Source of the DNA: a bacterium
GTDB lineage: Bacteria; Orphanbacterota; Orphanbacteria; JBJXGV01
Assembly: GCA_046160485.1 (NCBI GenBank)
Contig: JBJXGV010000070.1
Coordinates: 13,154-77,153, forward strand
Reading direction: 5' to 3'
DNA length: 64,000 nt
Under the pieces are notes generated by a model. That model worked only from the letters and a program-made list of their open reading frames with translations. It was not told the DNA's origin and searched no databases. Position numbers and translations under genes: made by a program. The first letter of the stretch is position 1; each line of letters begins with the position of its first letter. This document shows positions 48,776 to 58,466 of the stretch, piece by piece.

Positions 48776-49427
48776 GGGCTGGGTTCGCTCGTCCGGCAGC
48801 GAGCCCTCGTCCGACGCTTGGGCCGGCGACTATCGCTTCTGCCCCGCTTGCGGCGGGCGTCTGACGATGGCGACCGCATCCGCGTCTGCGACCGCGAAAA
48901 CGACCGGGCCGTCGCGGCCGACGTGCAAAGCGTGCGGATTCGTCCACTGGAGCGAGCCCAAGTTGGCGGCGTGCGCGGTCGTTATCCTCGGCGGCCGCGT
49001 GCTTCTCGCGCGGCGCGGCATCGAGCCATCGATCGGCAAGTGGGTGATCCCGGGCGGGTTTGTCGAGCGCGGTGAGACGGTCGAGACTGCAGCCGTCCGC
49101 GAAACGCGCGAGGAGACAGGGCTCGACGTCAACCTCGTTGCGCTCCTGAACGTCTATTCGTATCACGGCGTCGGCGTCGTGCTTGTCGTGTTCGTCGCCG
49201 AGCCCACAAACGACAAACCCCCTGAGGCGCTCGACGAGACTCTCGAGGTGCGTTATTTCGCGTTCGACGAAATCCCGTGGGATGAAATCGGATTCTCGAG
49301 TTCGCACGACGCGCTGCGCGAGATCATCGAACTGGGCGTACCAGCTCGGGAACCGTTCCACTCCTCGATCTCGTCACAACCGCGTGCGAGGCGCTCTCGG
49401 CGCCTGGCGCGTTCCGGGAGCCGCTAA
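48675..49427 (+). CDS. Nudix hydrolase with N-terminal zinc ribbon (NudC-like)
   Basis: Zinc ribbon FCPACGGRL...CKACGF followed by Nudix box GGFVERGETVETAAVRETREETGL. Start uncertain: first in-frame ATG at 48675 overlaps the M20 gene by 100 nt. Confidence 0.65.
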   Translation: MTTATHRTRNFTLATSKKRSKPQPSSSRNSAKRKGWVRSSGSEPSSDAWAGDYRFCPACGGRLTMATASASATAKTTGPSRPTCKACGFVHWSEPKLAACAVVILGGRVLLARRGIEPSIGKWVIPGGFVERGETVETAAVRETREETGLDVNLVALLNVYSYHGVGVVLVVFVAEPTNDKPPEALDETLEVRYFAFDEIPWDEIGFSSSHDALREIIELGVPAREPFHSSISSQPRARRSRRLARSGSR

Positions 49428-49429
49428 CC

Positions 49430-50269
49430 GTGCTGGCTGATCTGCCCAATCTGAAAATCGTTCCGACGGCGAGCATTCACTTGCACGAGGAGTTCGACGA
49501 ACAGCGCGCCGTCGGACTCGGCGCCAAGATGCGAAAGGCCGGCATCCTGACGAATCCGCCGATCGTCGCGGCGATTCCGCGTAAACGCGAGTATGTCGTG
49601 CTCGACGGCGCGAACCGCGTGACGGCGGCGGCGCGAATCCGCCTGCCGACCTTGCTCGTTCAACTCGTCGACTACGACGACGCGGAGATCGTGCTCTCGA
49701 ATTGGGCGCACGTCGTGAGGGGATTTCCCGCGGCGAAGTTTTTCAGCGAGGCGCAGGCGCTCTACGGCGCGCGAATCGACGCCGCACCCTTCGCCGACGC
49801 GCGCCGCGAACTGGCGAATCGCCGCATTTCGTGCTTCTTCCATCACAAAGATCGCGGCACGTTCGTGCTGCGCCGCGTCACGACGCGTGGCTCGGATGCC
49901 ACCGAGGTGAAAGCCCTTCGCGACATCACGGGAATCTACAAGGACCGCGCGTCGATCGTCAGAATCCCGCTCACGGCGGAAAACGCGAAAGACCTGGCCG
50001 TGTACGACGGATTCGTGGTCGCGTTTCCGACGTTCTCGAAGGCGGACATCGTGCGCTGCGCGGTGCGTCCGGACGACCGCCTCCCGACCGGCATTTCGCG
50101 CCACACGATTCCGCTGCGCGCGCTGCGTGTGAATCTCCCGCTGTCGGTGCTCCGCTCGTCGAAGCCGCTCACCGAGAAGAATCGTATCCTCGATGCGTTC
50201 ATCGCGCGCAAGGCGCGCACGAGTTCGATCCGCCTCTACAACGAGCCGACGTTTATCTACGACGATTGA
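49430..50269 (+). CDS. ParB/Srx-fold protein of unknown function (DGxxR motif)
   Basis: N-terminus KIVPTASIHLHEEFDEQR...ILTNPPIVAA...YVVLDGANRVTAA matches the ParB N-domain/sulfiredoxin pattern; starts 3 nt after the Nudix stop. No DNA-binding HTH recognised. Confidence 0.5.
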   Translation: MLADLPNLKIVPTASIHLHEEFDEQRAVGLGAKMRKAGILTNPPIVAAIPRKREYVVLDGANRVTAAARIRLPTLLVQLVDYDDAEIVLSNWAHVVRGFPAAKFFSEAQALYGARIDAAPFADARRELANRRISCFFHHKDRGTFVLRRVTTRGSDATEVKALRDITGIYKDRASIVRIPLTAENAKDLAVYDGFVVAFPTFSKADIVRCAVRPDDRLPTGISRHTIPLRALRVNLPLSVLRSSKPLTEKNRILDAFIARKARTSSIRLYNEPTFIYDD

Positions 50270-50303
50270 TCGCGGTGCCCCACCGCGCGCGGCGGGCGAG
50301 GCG

Positions 50304-51167
50304 TTATGCGCGCGCGCGCGGCGGCGTCTCGACGACGCTGATGAGCCGCGTGAGTCGATCGGCGCGCCCCTTGTCGTTCCCTTCGCGGCAGATGTGCACG
50401 AGGTTGCGGAGCATGCGGCAGAGGATTTCCCGCGGCGGCGACGGAACGAAATGTTCGGGGCGCGGCTCGAATCCCGCCGCCGTAAGAAACCGCGCACAGT
50501 CACTCCGCGAAAGAATGCGGCCGCGGCTGAACGCGTCGACGAAATGCTCTTCGTCGGAGCACGAGAAACGCACGACGAAATGCCCGGGGAAACCGACGCC
50601 TTCCATCTTGAGCCCAACTCGCCGAGCGAGGAACAAGTAGACGAGCGACAGCGTAATCGGAATTCCCGTGCGGCGATCGAGCACGCGGTTCATGTACGAG
50701 TTGTCCGCGTCGTAGTAGTCGAGACTGTTGCCGGAGAATCCGAACTCGTCGAAGAGGGTTTGCGCGAACGCGCCGAGGATATCGCGGCCGCGCCGCAGCC
50801 CGGCGAGCCGTTCGCGCAACGTCGCCGCCATCTCGGCGAGAAGGCGGTCGCAGTGCTCGCGATCGAGATCGGGATACCCGATGCGCGATATCAGGAACGC
50901 GCCCGTCTCGAGGCCCGCCGCGTCGATCGGCGAGCGCGCGAAGACTTCGATGGCGGCTTCCGCTTCGTCCATCGTGATCTCGTCGAGAATCGAGCGGGCG
51001 CGCACGCGGACCGGCTCGATCTGACTCTCGAGCGCGACGGCCAGAAACGGCTTCGCCTCGGGGCCGGCCTCGAGAATTCGTTCGCGAACGATGCGAGCGA
51101 CCTTCTGATTCTCGTCGTCGAGGAGAGAGACCAGCGCCTTCAGCGCGCTTTCCGAAACGGCTTTCAT
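50304..51167 (-). CDS. SirB1/UPF0162-like transglutaminase-like family protein
   Basis: Start at internal Met (MKAVSESALKAL). ITLSLVYLFLARRVGLKMEGVGFPGHFVVRF matches the conserved core of the SirB1-type transglutaminase-like family. Confidence 0.55.
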   Translation of the reverse strand: MKAVSESALKALVSLLDDENQKVARIVRERILEAGPEAKPFLAVALESQIEPVRVRARSILDEITMDEAEAAIEVFARSPIDAAGLETGAFLISRIGYPDLDREHCDRLLAEMAATLRERLAGLRRGRDILGAFAQTLFDEFGFSGNSLDYYDADNSYMNRVLDRRTGIPITLSLVYLFLARRVGLKMEGVGFPGHFVVRFSCSDEEHFVDAFSRGRILSRSDCARFLTAAGFEPRPEHFVPSPPREILCRMLRNLVHICREGNDKGRADRLTRLISVVETPPRARA

Positions 51168-51396
51168 CGATGCCCTCCACTTCGATCCGTCGCGTCGGGG
51201 CGTTGACCAATGACGACGGCGACAAGGATAAACCTCGCTCCGCGACGCGACAAGTGCGGCGGGCGCCCCGCGCGGCGTTCGCGCGCTTGCCGCGCCTTGA
51301 GGGCGTCGAGTAAGATGCGGCCCGCGAGCGATGCGCCACGCGCTCGCGAGAACGAGAAGCGTGCCGCAGCGAGGCACCGCAAGAGGGTAATCCGGA

Positions 51397-51975
51397 ATGG
51401 CCATCGAGCCGTGGAAGACGATTCACCAGAGCGAGCGCGAGTCGTACCGCATCTTTTCGGTGCGGCGGGAGACGGCGGTCTCGCAGACGAGCGGAGTCTC
51501 GCACGAGTTTATCGTGATCGAGGCGCCGACGTGGGTGAACGTGATTCCGATCACGCCGGAAGACGACGTGGTGTTCGTGCGCCAGCACCGTCAGGGGACG
51601 CGAAGCGTGACGCTCGAGATTCCGGGCGGCATGGCCCATCGCGGCGAAACGCCGGAGGAGGCGGGCGCGCGCGAGTTGCTCGAGGAAACCGGCTTCCGCG
51701 GAGACCGCGTCGTGAGCATCGGTAGCGTCTACCCGAACCCGGCGATCCAGAACAACATCTGCCACACCGTGCTGGTCGAGGGCGCGCGCCGCGTCGCGGA
51801 TCCGACGCCCGATCCGTCGGAAGAACTCGAGACGCAACTCATCCCGCTTGCGGATATTCCGCGCCGCATTCGCGACGGCGAGATCACGCACGCGCTCGTC
51901 GTCGCCGCGTTTCATCACCTCGCGATCTTGCGGCCGCCGAATGCTGCGGCCGCGACCGAAACCGGCCGCGCGTGA
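51397..51975 (+). CDS. Nudix hydrolase (ADP-ribose pyrophosphatase-like)
   Basis: Nudix box GGMAHRGETPEEAGARELLEETGF; 192 aa. Confidence 0.75.
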   Translation: MAIEPWKTIHQSERESYRIFSVRRETAVSQTSGVSHEFIVIEAPTWVNVIPITPEDDVVFVRQHRQGTRSVTLEIPGGMAHRGETPEEAGARELLEETGFRGDRVVSIGSVYPNPAIQNNICHTVLVEGARRVADPTPDPSEELETQLIPLADIPRRIRDGEITHALVVAAFHHLAILRPPNAAAATETGRA

Positions 51976-53192
51976 TCCGCGGCGGCAACGGCGCAAGAGG
52001 AGATTCGCTCGCGATCGAGAACTCGATCGTGCGCTCCGCGCGCCATCTCCGCCGCGTCTTCGCGATCCTCGCCACGTTCGCCGCCGCCGTCGGATGCGCC
52101 GACACGCCGCGCGGCGCGGCGAGCGCGAACACGACGCGACCGGGCTCCGCGGCAGCCACATCGGGCGCCGCCGTGGAGTCCGCGCCTCCGGCGCCAGCGC
52201 GCGCGCCTGCGCCCGTAGCGCCGCGCGCACCGGGCTCCGCACTCGAGCCCGAACCCGGTTGGCCGCGCTGGCTCGAAGCGCGAGACCGTCACGCGGACCA
52301 AACCTCCGGGCTCGCATTCGTCGGCCGCGACGCCTCCGGAGCGCGCGTCTTCCTCGTCGCGGACGATGTCGGCGATCTCTGGCGGCTTCGCGTCTTCGGC
52401 TCCGCAGACTCCTTCGCACTCAGCCCGATCGCGTTCGAAGGCGCCGCGGCGGAAACGCTCGCGCGATTCCCAAAGAGCGACCTCGAAGAGATTTCGTTCT
52501 GCCCGATCACGCACCGCGTGATCCTGTCGATCGAGGGGAACGGCCCGAAGGAAGACCCGGCGGACACGACGTTTCGCGAGTGGCTCGGAGTCTTCGAGCT
52601 CGCCATGGCGCCCGACGCGCTCACCGCGACGCGCGTGACGTCGATCGCCCGGCTCGATCTGCCGGAGTGGGCGGCGGCCACGCGCCTTGCGACCAAGAAC
52701 GTGGGCTTCGAGGCCGCTTCGCTCTGCGGCGACACTCTCCTACTCGGCCTCGAAGGCGTCTCGAGCGGCGAGGGGCTCTTCGCCGACTCGACGCTCTTCG
52801 AGGTTTACGACATCGCACGCGGAACACGGCGCGAGATCAGCACGCACGGCCTCTCGATCATGACGGCGACCGGGTTTGCACGGGCGGCCGACGGGCGCTA
52901 CTTCGGAATCGATCGAAATAGTTACCGACTCTTCGCCTTCCGCATCGAACACGGCACGCTGTCGCATCTGCAATCGATTCCGCTTTCGATGCCCGGCGTG
53001 GGAGGCGTCGCGTACCTGATCCCCTCCGCCGAGGCGGTCGCGGTCGACGACGAGGGCTTTGTCTGGGTCGTCGTCGATCCGTGGAAGTACGAGCCGATCA
53101 CGCGCGAGGGACTTTCACCGCGCGACATCTCGAACTACAAGCAGAAGGTGCCGCTCATCTACAAATATCGCGATCCGTTCACATCCGGATAG
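51972..53192 (+). CDS. Hypothetical lipoprotein
   Basis: Signal with lipobox (FAILATFAAAVGCAD), Ala/Pro-rich linker, then a non-shadow C-terminal domain (KVPLIYKYRDPF). No catalytic motif recognised. Confidence 0.5.
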   Translation: MIRGGNGARGDSLAIENSIVRSARHLRRVFAILATFAAAVGCADTPRGAASANTTRPGSAAATSGAAVESAPPAPARAPAPVAPRAPGSALEPEPGWPRWLEARDRHADQTSGLAFVGRDASGARVFLVADDVGDLWRLRVFGSADSFALSPIAFEGAAAETLARFPKSDLEEISFCPITHRVILSIEGNGPKEDPADTTFREWLGVFELAMAPDALTATRVTSIARLDLPEWAAATRLATKNVGFEAASLCGDTLLLGLEGVSSGEGLFADSTLFEVYDIARGTRREISTHGLSIMTATGFARAADGRYFGIDRNSYRLFAFRIEHGTLSHLQSIPLSMPGVGGVAYLIPSAEAVAVDDEGFVWVVVDPWKYEPITREGLSPRDISNYKQKVPLIYKYRDPFTSG

Positions 53193-53211
53193 CAGAATTA
53201 GGAGAGGCTCG

Positions 53212-54246
53212 ATGACACAGGCTGTAACACATCGAATTACGGAGCTCTTGGGCGATGGCATCGGGCCGGAGCTTTCGGACGCGCTTCACACGCTCGCGTC
53301 GGCGCTGCCGGTGCGGATCGAGTTCGTCCCGGTCGATCTCTCGCTCGAAGGCCGCCGAAGCACCGGACACGCCGTCTACAACGAGGCGCTCGCGTCGATC
53401 CGCGCGACGCGTTACGCCGTCAAACATCCGACCGTGACGGCCGAGGAGAGCCCGAACGCCGTGCTCCGCGGTCTCTGCAAGTTCAGCGTCATTCACCGTC
53501 CGGTCGTCTCGATACCGGGCGTGCGCACGAATTTCAACGCACACGTCGATCTCGACATCGTTCGCATCGCGACCGGCGGGACGTACGATGATCCGGGCCG
53601 CATGATCGGTCACGAGGCGGCGGTGTCGCTGCGCATCGTCGAGCGCCGCCCCAGCCGCGACGCGGCGATCTTCGCGTTCGAACTCGCTCGAAAACTCGGC
53701 AGATCCGTGACCTCGTCGTCGAAGTACACGATCCAAAAGGTCACCGACGGTTTGTTCGAAGGGATCGTCAACGACATCAGCCAGTCGTATAAAGACGTCG
53801 CGCACCACAAGGAATTGTTCGACGCGCTACTGGCGAAGCTCGTGATGCATCCGGAGCGGTTTCAGGTCGTGCTCGTGTTGAACGAGTACGGCGACTTCCT
53901 CTCCGACATGGCGTGCGGCCTCGTCGGCTCGATCGGCATCGGCGCAAGCGCGTCGTACGCGTTCGATGAGAATCACGAGATTACGCTCGGGTTGTTCGAC
54001 CCCGTCGGCGGCTCGGCGCCCGACATCGCCGGCAAAGGCGTCGCGAATCCGACCGCGACGTTCCTGTCGTTCTCGCTTCTCTTGGCGCAGATGGACCTCG
54101 TCGCCGAGTCGGCCGCCGTGCGGGAGTCGACGCTCGGGCTCCTCGCGTCGGGGCGGCTCACGCCCGATCTCGGAGGAACGCTGACGACGCGCGAGTTCAC
54201 CACGCTCGTCGCGGGATCCGTGAAGCAGCGGCTCGCGTCCGCGTAG
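53212..54246 (+). CDS. Isocitrate/isopropylmalate dehydrogenase family protein
   Basis: ATG at 53212 preceded by AGGAGAGG RBS; ITELLGDGIGPE N-terminal motif and family-typical length (344 aa). Substrate cannot be assigned by eye. Confidence 0.75.
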   Translation: MTQAVTHRITELLGDGIGPELSDALHTLASALPVRIEFVPVDLSLEGRRSTGHAVYNEALASIRATRYAVKHPTVTAEESPNAVLRGLCKFSVIHRPVVSIPGVRTNFNAHVDLDIVRIATGGTYDDPGRMIGHEAAVSLRIVERRPSRDAAIFAFELARKLGRSVTSSSKYTIQKVTDGLFEGIVNDISQSYKDVAHHKELFDALLAKLVMHPERFQVVLVLNEYGDFLSDMACGLVGSIGIGASASYAFDENHEITLGLFDPVGGSAPDIAGKGVANPTATFLSFSLLLAQMDLVAESAAVRESTLGLLASGRLTPDLGGTLTTREFTTLVAGSVKQRLASA

Positions 54247-54264
54247 CGCGCGTCCGTTGCGCCG

Positions 54265-55308
54265 CTAGACGCGCGCGATCTCGGCGTAGATCGCGGAAAG
54301 ACGCTCGCCGAGAGCTGCGCGCCCGGAATCTTCGCCGGCAATCCCGCCGACTCGCTTCGGCGACTTCATCGCGTAGAGAAGCGCGGCTCCGAGGCCGATC
54401 GCATCGGTCGCGCCGACGTAGTGCGCCGCGTCCGCGAACAGCGCGCGCGCGTACTCGCTCTCGACCGCGACGAGGCGAGTGCGCGACGCAAGAGCCAGAA
54501 GCGCGTACGGCTCGATCGCGCCGGGGTCGGGCACCGCGAAGAACGCCCCGCGCGCGCGATCCATCTGCTCGGCGAGAAACGCAACCGGAGGATGGCCGCC
54601 GAACGTGACGCGCGGCACGAGTCCGCGCGCCGAAACCGCCTTGAGGGCATCCTTCCCGATCGGGTGTCCCATGATGAGCAGGTGGAGCCGCGCGTTGGAG
54701 GCGATCGCGGTATCGAGGCCCGCCAGGCACGCGTCGAGGTTTCCCTCCGCGAGCGGCGCGAAGACGAGGAGAAAATCGCGATCCGCGGGAAGCATGATCG
54801 TCTCCCCCGGCGCCGGGGCGAGGTCGTCGTGATCGAGCGATCCGCGGAGGTGAACGATGCGTCGCGTGTCGCCGCCGAGTGTGGCGAGCTGCGCGGCAAC
54901 CGATGCGGCCGGCGTAACGATACGATCCGCAAGGGAGAGCACGTTCGCATCATGACGTCCGCGCGCAAACGGCTCGATCACTTCGACGACAAGCGGCGCG
55001 CCGATATCCTTCGCGACCGCGTGGCCGGTGCGAATCGCATCCCACCCGTGCGCGTGAATCACGGAAGGCCGGGCCTTCGACGCCGCGGACATGACGCGAT
55101 CCGCCAGACTCGCGCCGGAAAACACGGCGAGCGGCCCACGGCCGCGCGCAGGGCCGGCGTCGGCGCCGCCGAACTCGGCGAGCCCAGGCGCGCCGAAAAC
55201 AAGCGACGGATGCCCAGCGTCGCGCAGCGCGAGCAGTTCTTCGCGGATTCGATGTTCGGCGAGCCCGCCGGATGCGATCGTGCCCGATGTGATGTGAAAC
55301 GAAATCAT
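54265..55308 (-). CDS. Putative GT-B fold glycosyltransferase-like protein
   Basis: Weak resemblance to GT4 N- and C-terminal regions (VIHAHGWDAI...; C-terminal E-x7-E-like region). Divergent. Confidence 0.45.
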   Translation of the reverse strand: MISFHITSGTIASGGLAEHRIREELLALRDAGHPSLVFGAPGLAEFGGADAGPARGRGPLAVFSGASLADRVMSAASKARPSVIHAHGWDAIRTGHAVAKDIGAPLVVEVIEPFARGRHDANVLSLADRIVTPAASVAAQLATLGGDTRRIVHLRGSLDHDDLAPAPGETIMLPADRDFLLVFAPLAEGNLDACLAGLDTAIASNARLHLLIMGHPIGKDALKAVSARGLVPRVTFGGHPPVAFLAEQMDRARGAFFAVPDPGAIEPYALLALASRTRLVAVESEYARALFADAAHYVGATDAIGLGAALLYAMKSPKRVGGIAGEDSGRAALGERLSAIYAEIARV

Positions 55309-55386
55309 AGGAGGGTGTCCGTGGCCGCTGCACTCGTTGGCGTCACGAGCGAAGTTCGCGCAAAGTAGCAGACGCCTCCGTGCGCG

Positions 55387-55899
55387 TCAAGGAAGCGGGC
55401 GCTGAGCGAGCTGGCGCGCCGCGAGCGCGATCGCGGCAGCGACCACGACGATGACGATCGCGAAGACGCCAAACCGGCCGCGAGCGGACGGCGAAGCGTG
55501 CGGCGGCTGCATCGGAGGCGCGGACGAAGGCGAAGGCGCCTGATGGCTCGCGCCCGGGGCGGCGTAGGGACGCGGCGCCTCACCCTTCAATCCGCCCGCC
55601 CAGAATTGGAAAAGCGCACCGCCGAATGCGACCTGGTCGCCGTCGTTGAGCAACCCGCCCGGGAAGTCTCGGCGGTTGACGACGACTCGCGCCCCCGGCA
55701 TCGGCGCAAGACGGAACGTGGCCCCCTCGCGCCGCAGCTCCGCGTGGCGCTCGAGAATATCGGGAGCATCGATCGCAATGTCCGGAGCCGCGCCGGCGCT
55801 CGGTCGCCCCACCACGAGCGAATCGCCTTTCAAGACGTACTCGCGGCGCCCCTCGAGACCGCGGAGGACGATGAGCCGCATCGCTTCTTCATGAGCCAT
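55387..55899 (-). CDS. FHA domain protein with C-terminal transmembrane anchor
   Basis: ATG at 55897-55899 preceded by GGAG. FHA core (LKGDSLVVGRPSAGAAPDIAIDAPDILERHAELRREGATFRL...NGT-like) and C-terminal hydrophobic helix FGVFAIVIVVVAAAIALAA. Confidence 0.65.
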   Translation of the reverse strand: MAHEEAMRLIVLRGLEGRREYVLKGDSLVVGRPSAGAAPDIAIDAPDILERHAELRREGATFRLAPMPGARVVVNRRDFPGGLLNDGDQVAFGGALFQFWAGGLKGEAPRPYAAPGASHQAPSPSSAPPMQPPHASPSARGRFGVFAIVIVVVAAAIALAARQLAQRPLP

Positions 55900-56026
55900 G
55901 TTTTCTCCGTGACGAGTCTGGCGGGGAGCGTGTTCGCCGCTTAGGTATACCGGAGCGCACGCGCCATTGCAATTGTCCGCTCGCGCCGATAAGGTTGCGC
56001 TCGTGCCGCGGCCCATCGCCACATTC

Positions 56027-57172
56027 ATGAGAACTGCCTTCGTCGCCGCGATTCTTCTCGCCGCGTTTGCCGGTTGTTCCGACCAAGACCCGATCGACAC
56101 GCCGCCCCCCGACACGAAATCGCTCTGGACCGTACGCGCGAACGGCGGCGGAGACTTCACCGACTTGCAAGAGGGGATCAACGCAGCGGGCGACGGCGAC
56201 ACCGTGATCGTGGGCCCGGGCCGCTACGCGACGATTGGACAACGCATCGTCGGCGGCATCCCTCGCGTCTACGCACTCCACATCGGCGCGTCCACGCGTT
56301 CGAACGCGAAGTCGCTGACGATTCGCTCGGAAGCGGGGCCCGACTCCACGATCATCGGCGACGAAACGATCGTCGACTTCGCCGTCGTACTCCAGAACAC
56401 GCCCGGCGTCACGATCGAAGGATTCGAGATCCGCGGCGGCGGTAACCGCGGCGTGTTTCTATACCGGGCCGACGCGACGCTCACGCGCAATCGCATCACG
56501 GGCTCGACGTTCGCCGTCCGCGCCGAGGAGAGCGAGATCACGCTGCGCTCGAATCACATCATCGAGAACCAGACCGGCCTCGAGGCGAACGCATCGACGA
56601 TTACGACGATCGAAAATCTCTTCGATGAAAACACGAGCGACGGCATCGTGCTGATCTCCGCGACGACCGCGACGCTGCGAGGCGACACGATTCGCGCAAG
56701 CGGCGCGACGGGGATCGTGCTCGCGCTCTCGGGCGCGACGGTCGAGCGCGCGCTCATCTCGCATTCTGCTGGACCCGCGTGCGACCTGACCGACTCGCGC
56801 CTGTCGATTCGCGAAAGCACTCTCGTCTCCAACGGCCGCCCGGCGATCGGCGCGTTTCGCGACGCTATCAGCGTGACGGGAGTTTCGTCGGTGCTCAACG
56901 CGGAGCGCGTCATCATCGCGTATTCCGGCGGGTGCGCGGTGCGCAATCGCCAAGGCGCCGTAACGCTCTCGTGCTGCGATTTGTGGGAGAACCTCGGCGG
57001 TGACGGAGGGGCCGATTGCTCGGCCCCTGGAACCAACGGCACCTTCGCGATCAATCCATCGTTTTGTAATCTCGACACGCGCGACTACTCGCTCCGCGCC
57101 GATTCCCCGTGCGCGTCCGAAAACTCCGGAGCGTGCGGCCTCGTCGGCGCGTTCCCCGTTCGCTGCGAATAG
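56027..57172 (+). CDS. Right-handed parallel beta-helix repeat lipoprotein
   Basis: Start at internal Met with lipobox (MRTAFVAAILLAAFAGCSD); repeated beta-helix motifs (NRGVFLYRADATLTRNRITGS; ITLRSNHIIENQTG). Confidence 0.65.
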   Translation: MRTAFVAAILLAAFAGCSDQDPIDTPPPDTKSLWTVRANGGGDFTDLQEGINAAGDGDTVIVGPGRYATIGQRIVGGIPRVYALHIGASTRSNAKSLTIRSEAGPDSTIIGDETIVDFAVVLQNTPGVTIEGFEIRGGGNRGVFLYRADATLTRNRITGSTFAVRAEESEITLRSNHIIENQTGLEANASTITTIENLFDENTSDGIVLISATTATLRGDTIRASGATGIVLALSGATVERALISHSAGPACDLTDSRLSIRESTLVSNGRPAIGAFRDAISVTGVSSVLNAERVIIAYSGGCAVRNRQGAVTLSCCDLWENLGGDGGADCSAPGTNGTFAINPSFCNLDTRDYSLRADSPCASENSGACGLVGAFPVRCE

Positions 57173-57202
57173 CCGGCACTCGCAAACCGACCGCGGCGTT
57201 CT

Positions 57203-57727
57203 CTACGAAACGAGCTTCTTAAGCGCCGCGATCACCGCGTCGTAGTTCGGCTGGTCCGGCATGTCCAGTACGTACTCGACGTGCCGAATCACGCCGCCTG
57301 CGTCGACTACGAAGACCGCGCGCGAGTCGACTCCCAACTCCTTGACGTACGCTCCGTACGCGCGCCCGAAGTTGGCGTCGACGTGGTCGTGGAGCGTCGT
57401 CACGGTCGTAAGACCCGCATCGGCGCACCAGCGCTTCGCGGCGTACGGCAAATCACGGCTGAACGTGTAGAACGCGACCCGGTCTTCGAACTTCACCGCC
57501 TCGTCATTGAAGCGCTTCGTCTGCGCGGAGCAGACGCCGGTATCGAGCGACGGCACGACGGAGAAGAGCCGCACGCGGTTCCCGGTCGCTGCGAGATTTA
57601 CGGGCGAAAAAGTCTGGTCGAGGACGGTGAAGTCCGGTGCGCGATCGCCGGCCTTCAGTTCCGGCCCGACGAGAGTGAACTGTTTGCCACGCAGCGTAAA
57701 AGCATTGGCGCGTTCGATGGCTGACAT
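57203..57727 (-). CDS. tpx: Thiol peroxidase
   Basis: ATG at 57725-57727 preceded by GGAGG RBS. MSAIERANAFTLRGKQFTLVG N-terminus, peroxidatic Cys context (PSLDTGVCSAQT), resolving Cys (AAKRWCAD). Confidence 0.85.
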   Translation of the reverse strand: MSAIERANAFTLRGKQFTLVGPELKAGDRAPDFTVLDQTFSPVNLAATGNRVRLFSVVPSLDTGVCSAQTKRFNDEAVKFEDRVAFYTFSRDLPYAAKRWCADAGLTTVTTLHDHVDANFGRAYGAYVKELGVDSRAVFVVDAGGVIRHVEYVLDMPDQPNYDAVIAALKKLVS

Positions 57728-57761
57728 GAAGACTGCCTCCATACTGGGAGCGTTGCCCCGC

Positions 57762-57787
57762 GTGTGATTTGTCGTGATGTGATCGTG
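57762..57787 (-). promoter_or_regulatory. Triple GTGAT (ATCAC on the coding strand) direct repeat 35-60 nt upstream of tpx; candidate operator
   Basis: GTGAT at 57764, 57774 and 57779 within tgtgatttgtcgtgatgtgatcgtgg, in the tpx/hypothetical divergent intergenic region. No known box matched with confidence. Confidence 0.25.
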
Positions 57788-58024
57788 GAAGAACGTAGAG
57801 TTTGCGAACCCGAGCCCCGCCAATCTAGCAGAGCGGGCGAAAAAGAAAAGGGCGCCGCAAGAGCCGCGCCGGTCGCCGCGTCCTTCGCTCGACGAGCACC
57901 CGGCCCCGCGTCGCGTATGCGCCCTGGACCGCGCCCGCACGGCACGTTATCCTCTACGCTCGACACGGAATGCGCGCCGTCGTACCGCCGCACGCGCCGC
58001 GAAAGCTGACCGAAGAGGAGTGCG

Positions 58025-58441
58025 ATGCCCTGCGAAGAGATCAGCGCCGTCGTGACCGTCGTTCTCGACAAGGACGAGCGCCTGCGCTACTACACGTTCG
58101 AAAAAATCACGTGCGGGAAGATCATCCCCCTCTCGCAAACGCTACAGGCCCACTGTAAGGGGATGACGCTCGACGCGCTCGCGTCGCTTCGACTCGAGGA
58201 ACTCGTGCGTGCCTTCGACGTTCGCGACGAAGACTCGTTCTTCGTGCTCGACAAGGAACTCGACGCGTTGCAGAGCGCGGTCGCGAACTACCGCGGCTCC
58301 GACGCCGGGCTCGACTTCGAGCGATACAAGATCGAGAGCATCGAGTACGGCGACGACTCGATCCGCATTCAACAAGTCATTCTCGAGCCAAAGCCCGACG
58401 CGGCAGTTCCGTCGTGCCGGGTCGTCTTCAAGTCGCGGTGA
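58025..58441 (+). CDS. Hypothetical protein (138 aa)
   Basis: Preceded by GAGGAG RBS; Lys/Ile/Glu/Tyr-containing composition (MPCEEISAVVTVVLDKDERLRYYTFEKITCGKIIPL) unlike Arg-rich shadow ORFs. No family recognised. Confidence 0.5.
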   Translation: MPCEEISAVVTVVLDKDERLRYYTFEKITCGKIIPLSQTLQAHCKGMTLDALASLRLEELVRAFDVRDEDSFFVLDKELDALQSAVANYRGSDAGLDFERYKIESIEYGDDSIRIQQVILEPKPDAAVPSCRVVFKSR

Positions 58442-58466
58442 CGCGCGCGCGCCACGACGGCCGGCG

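Noticed and set aside
51168-51396. Promoter-like hexamers (TTGACC...GATAAA; TTGCCG...TAAGAT) in the divergent region between the SirB1-like and Nudix genes
   Set aside because: Matches to the sigma70 consensus are only 4 of 6 in the -10 elements, and hexamer matching by eye is unreliable here. Not reported as features.
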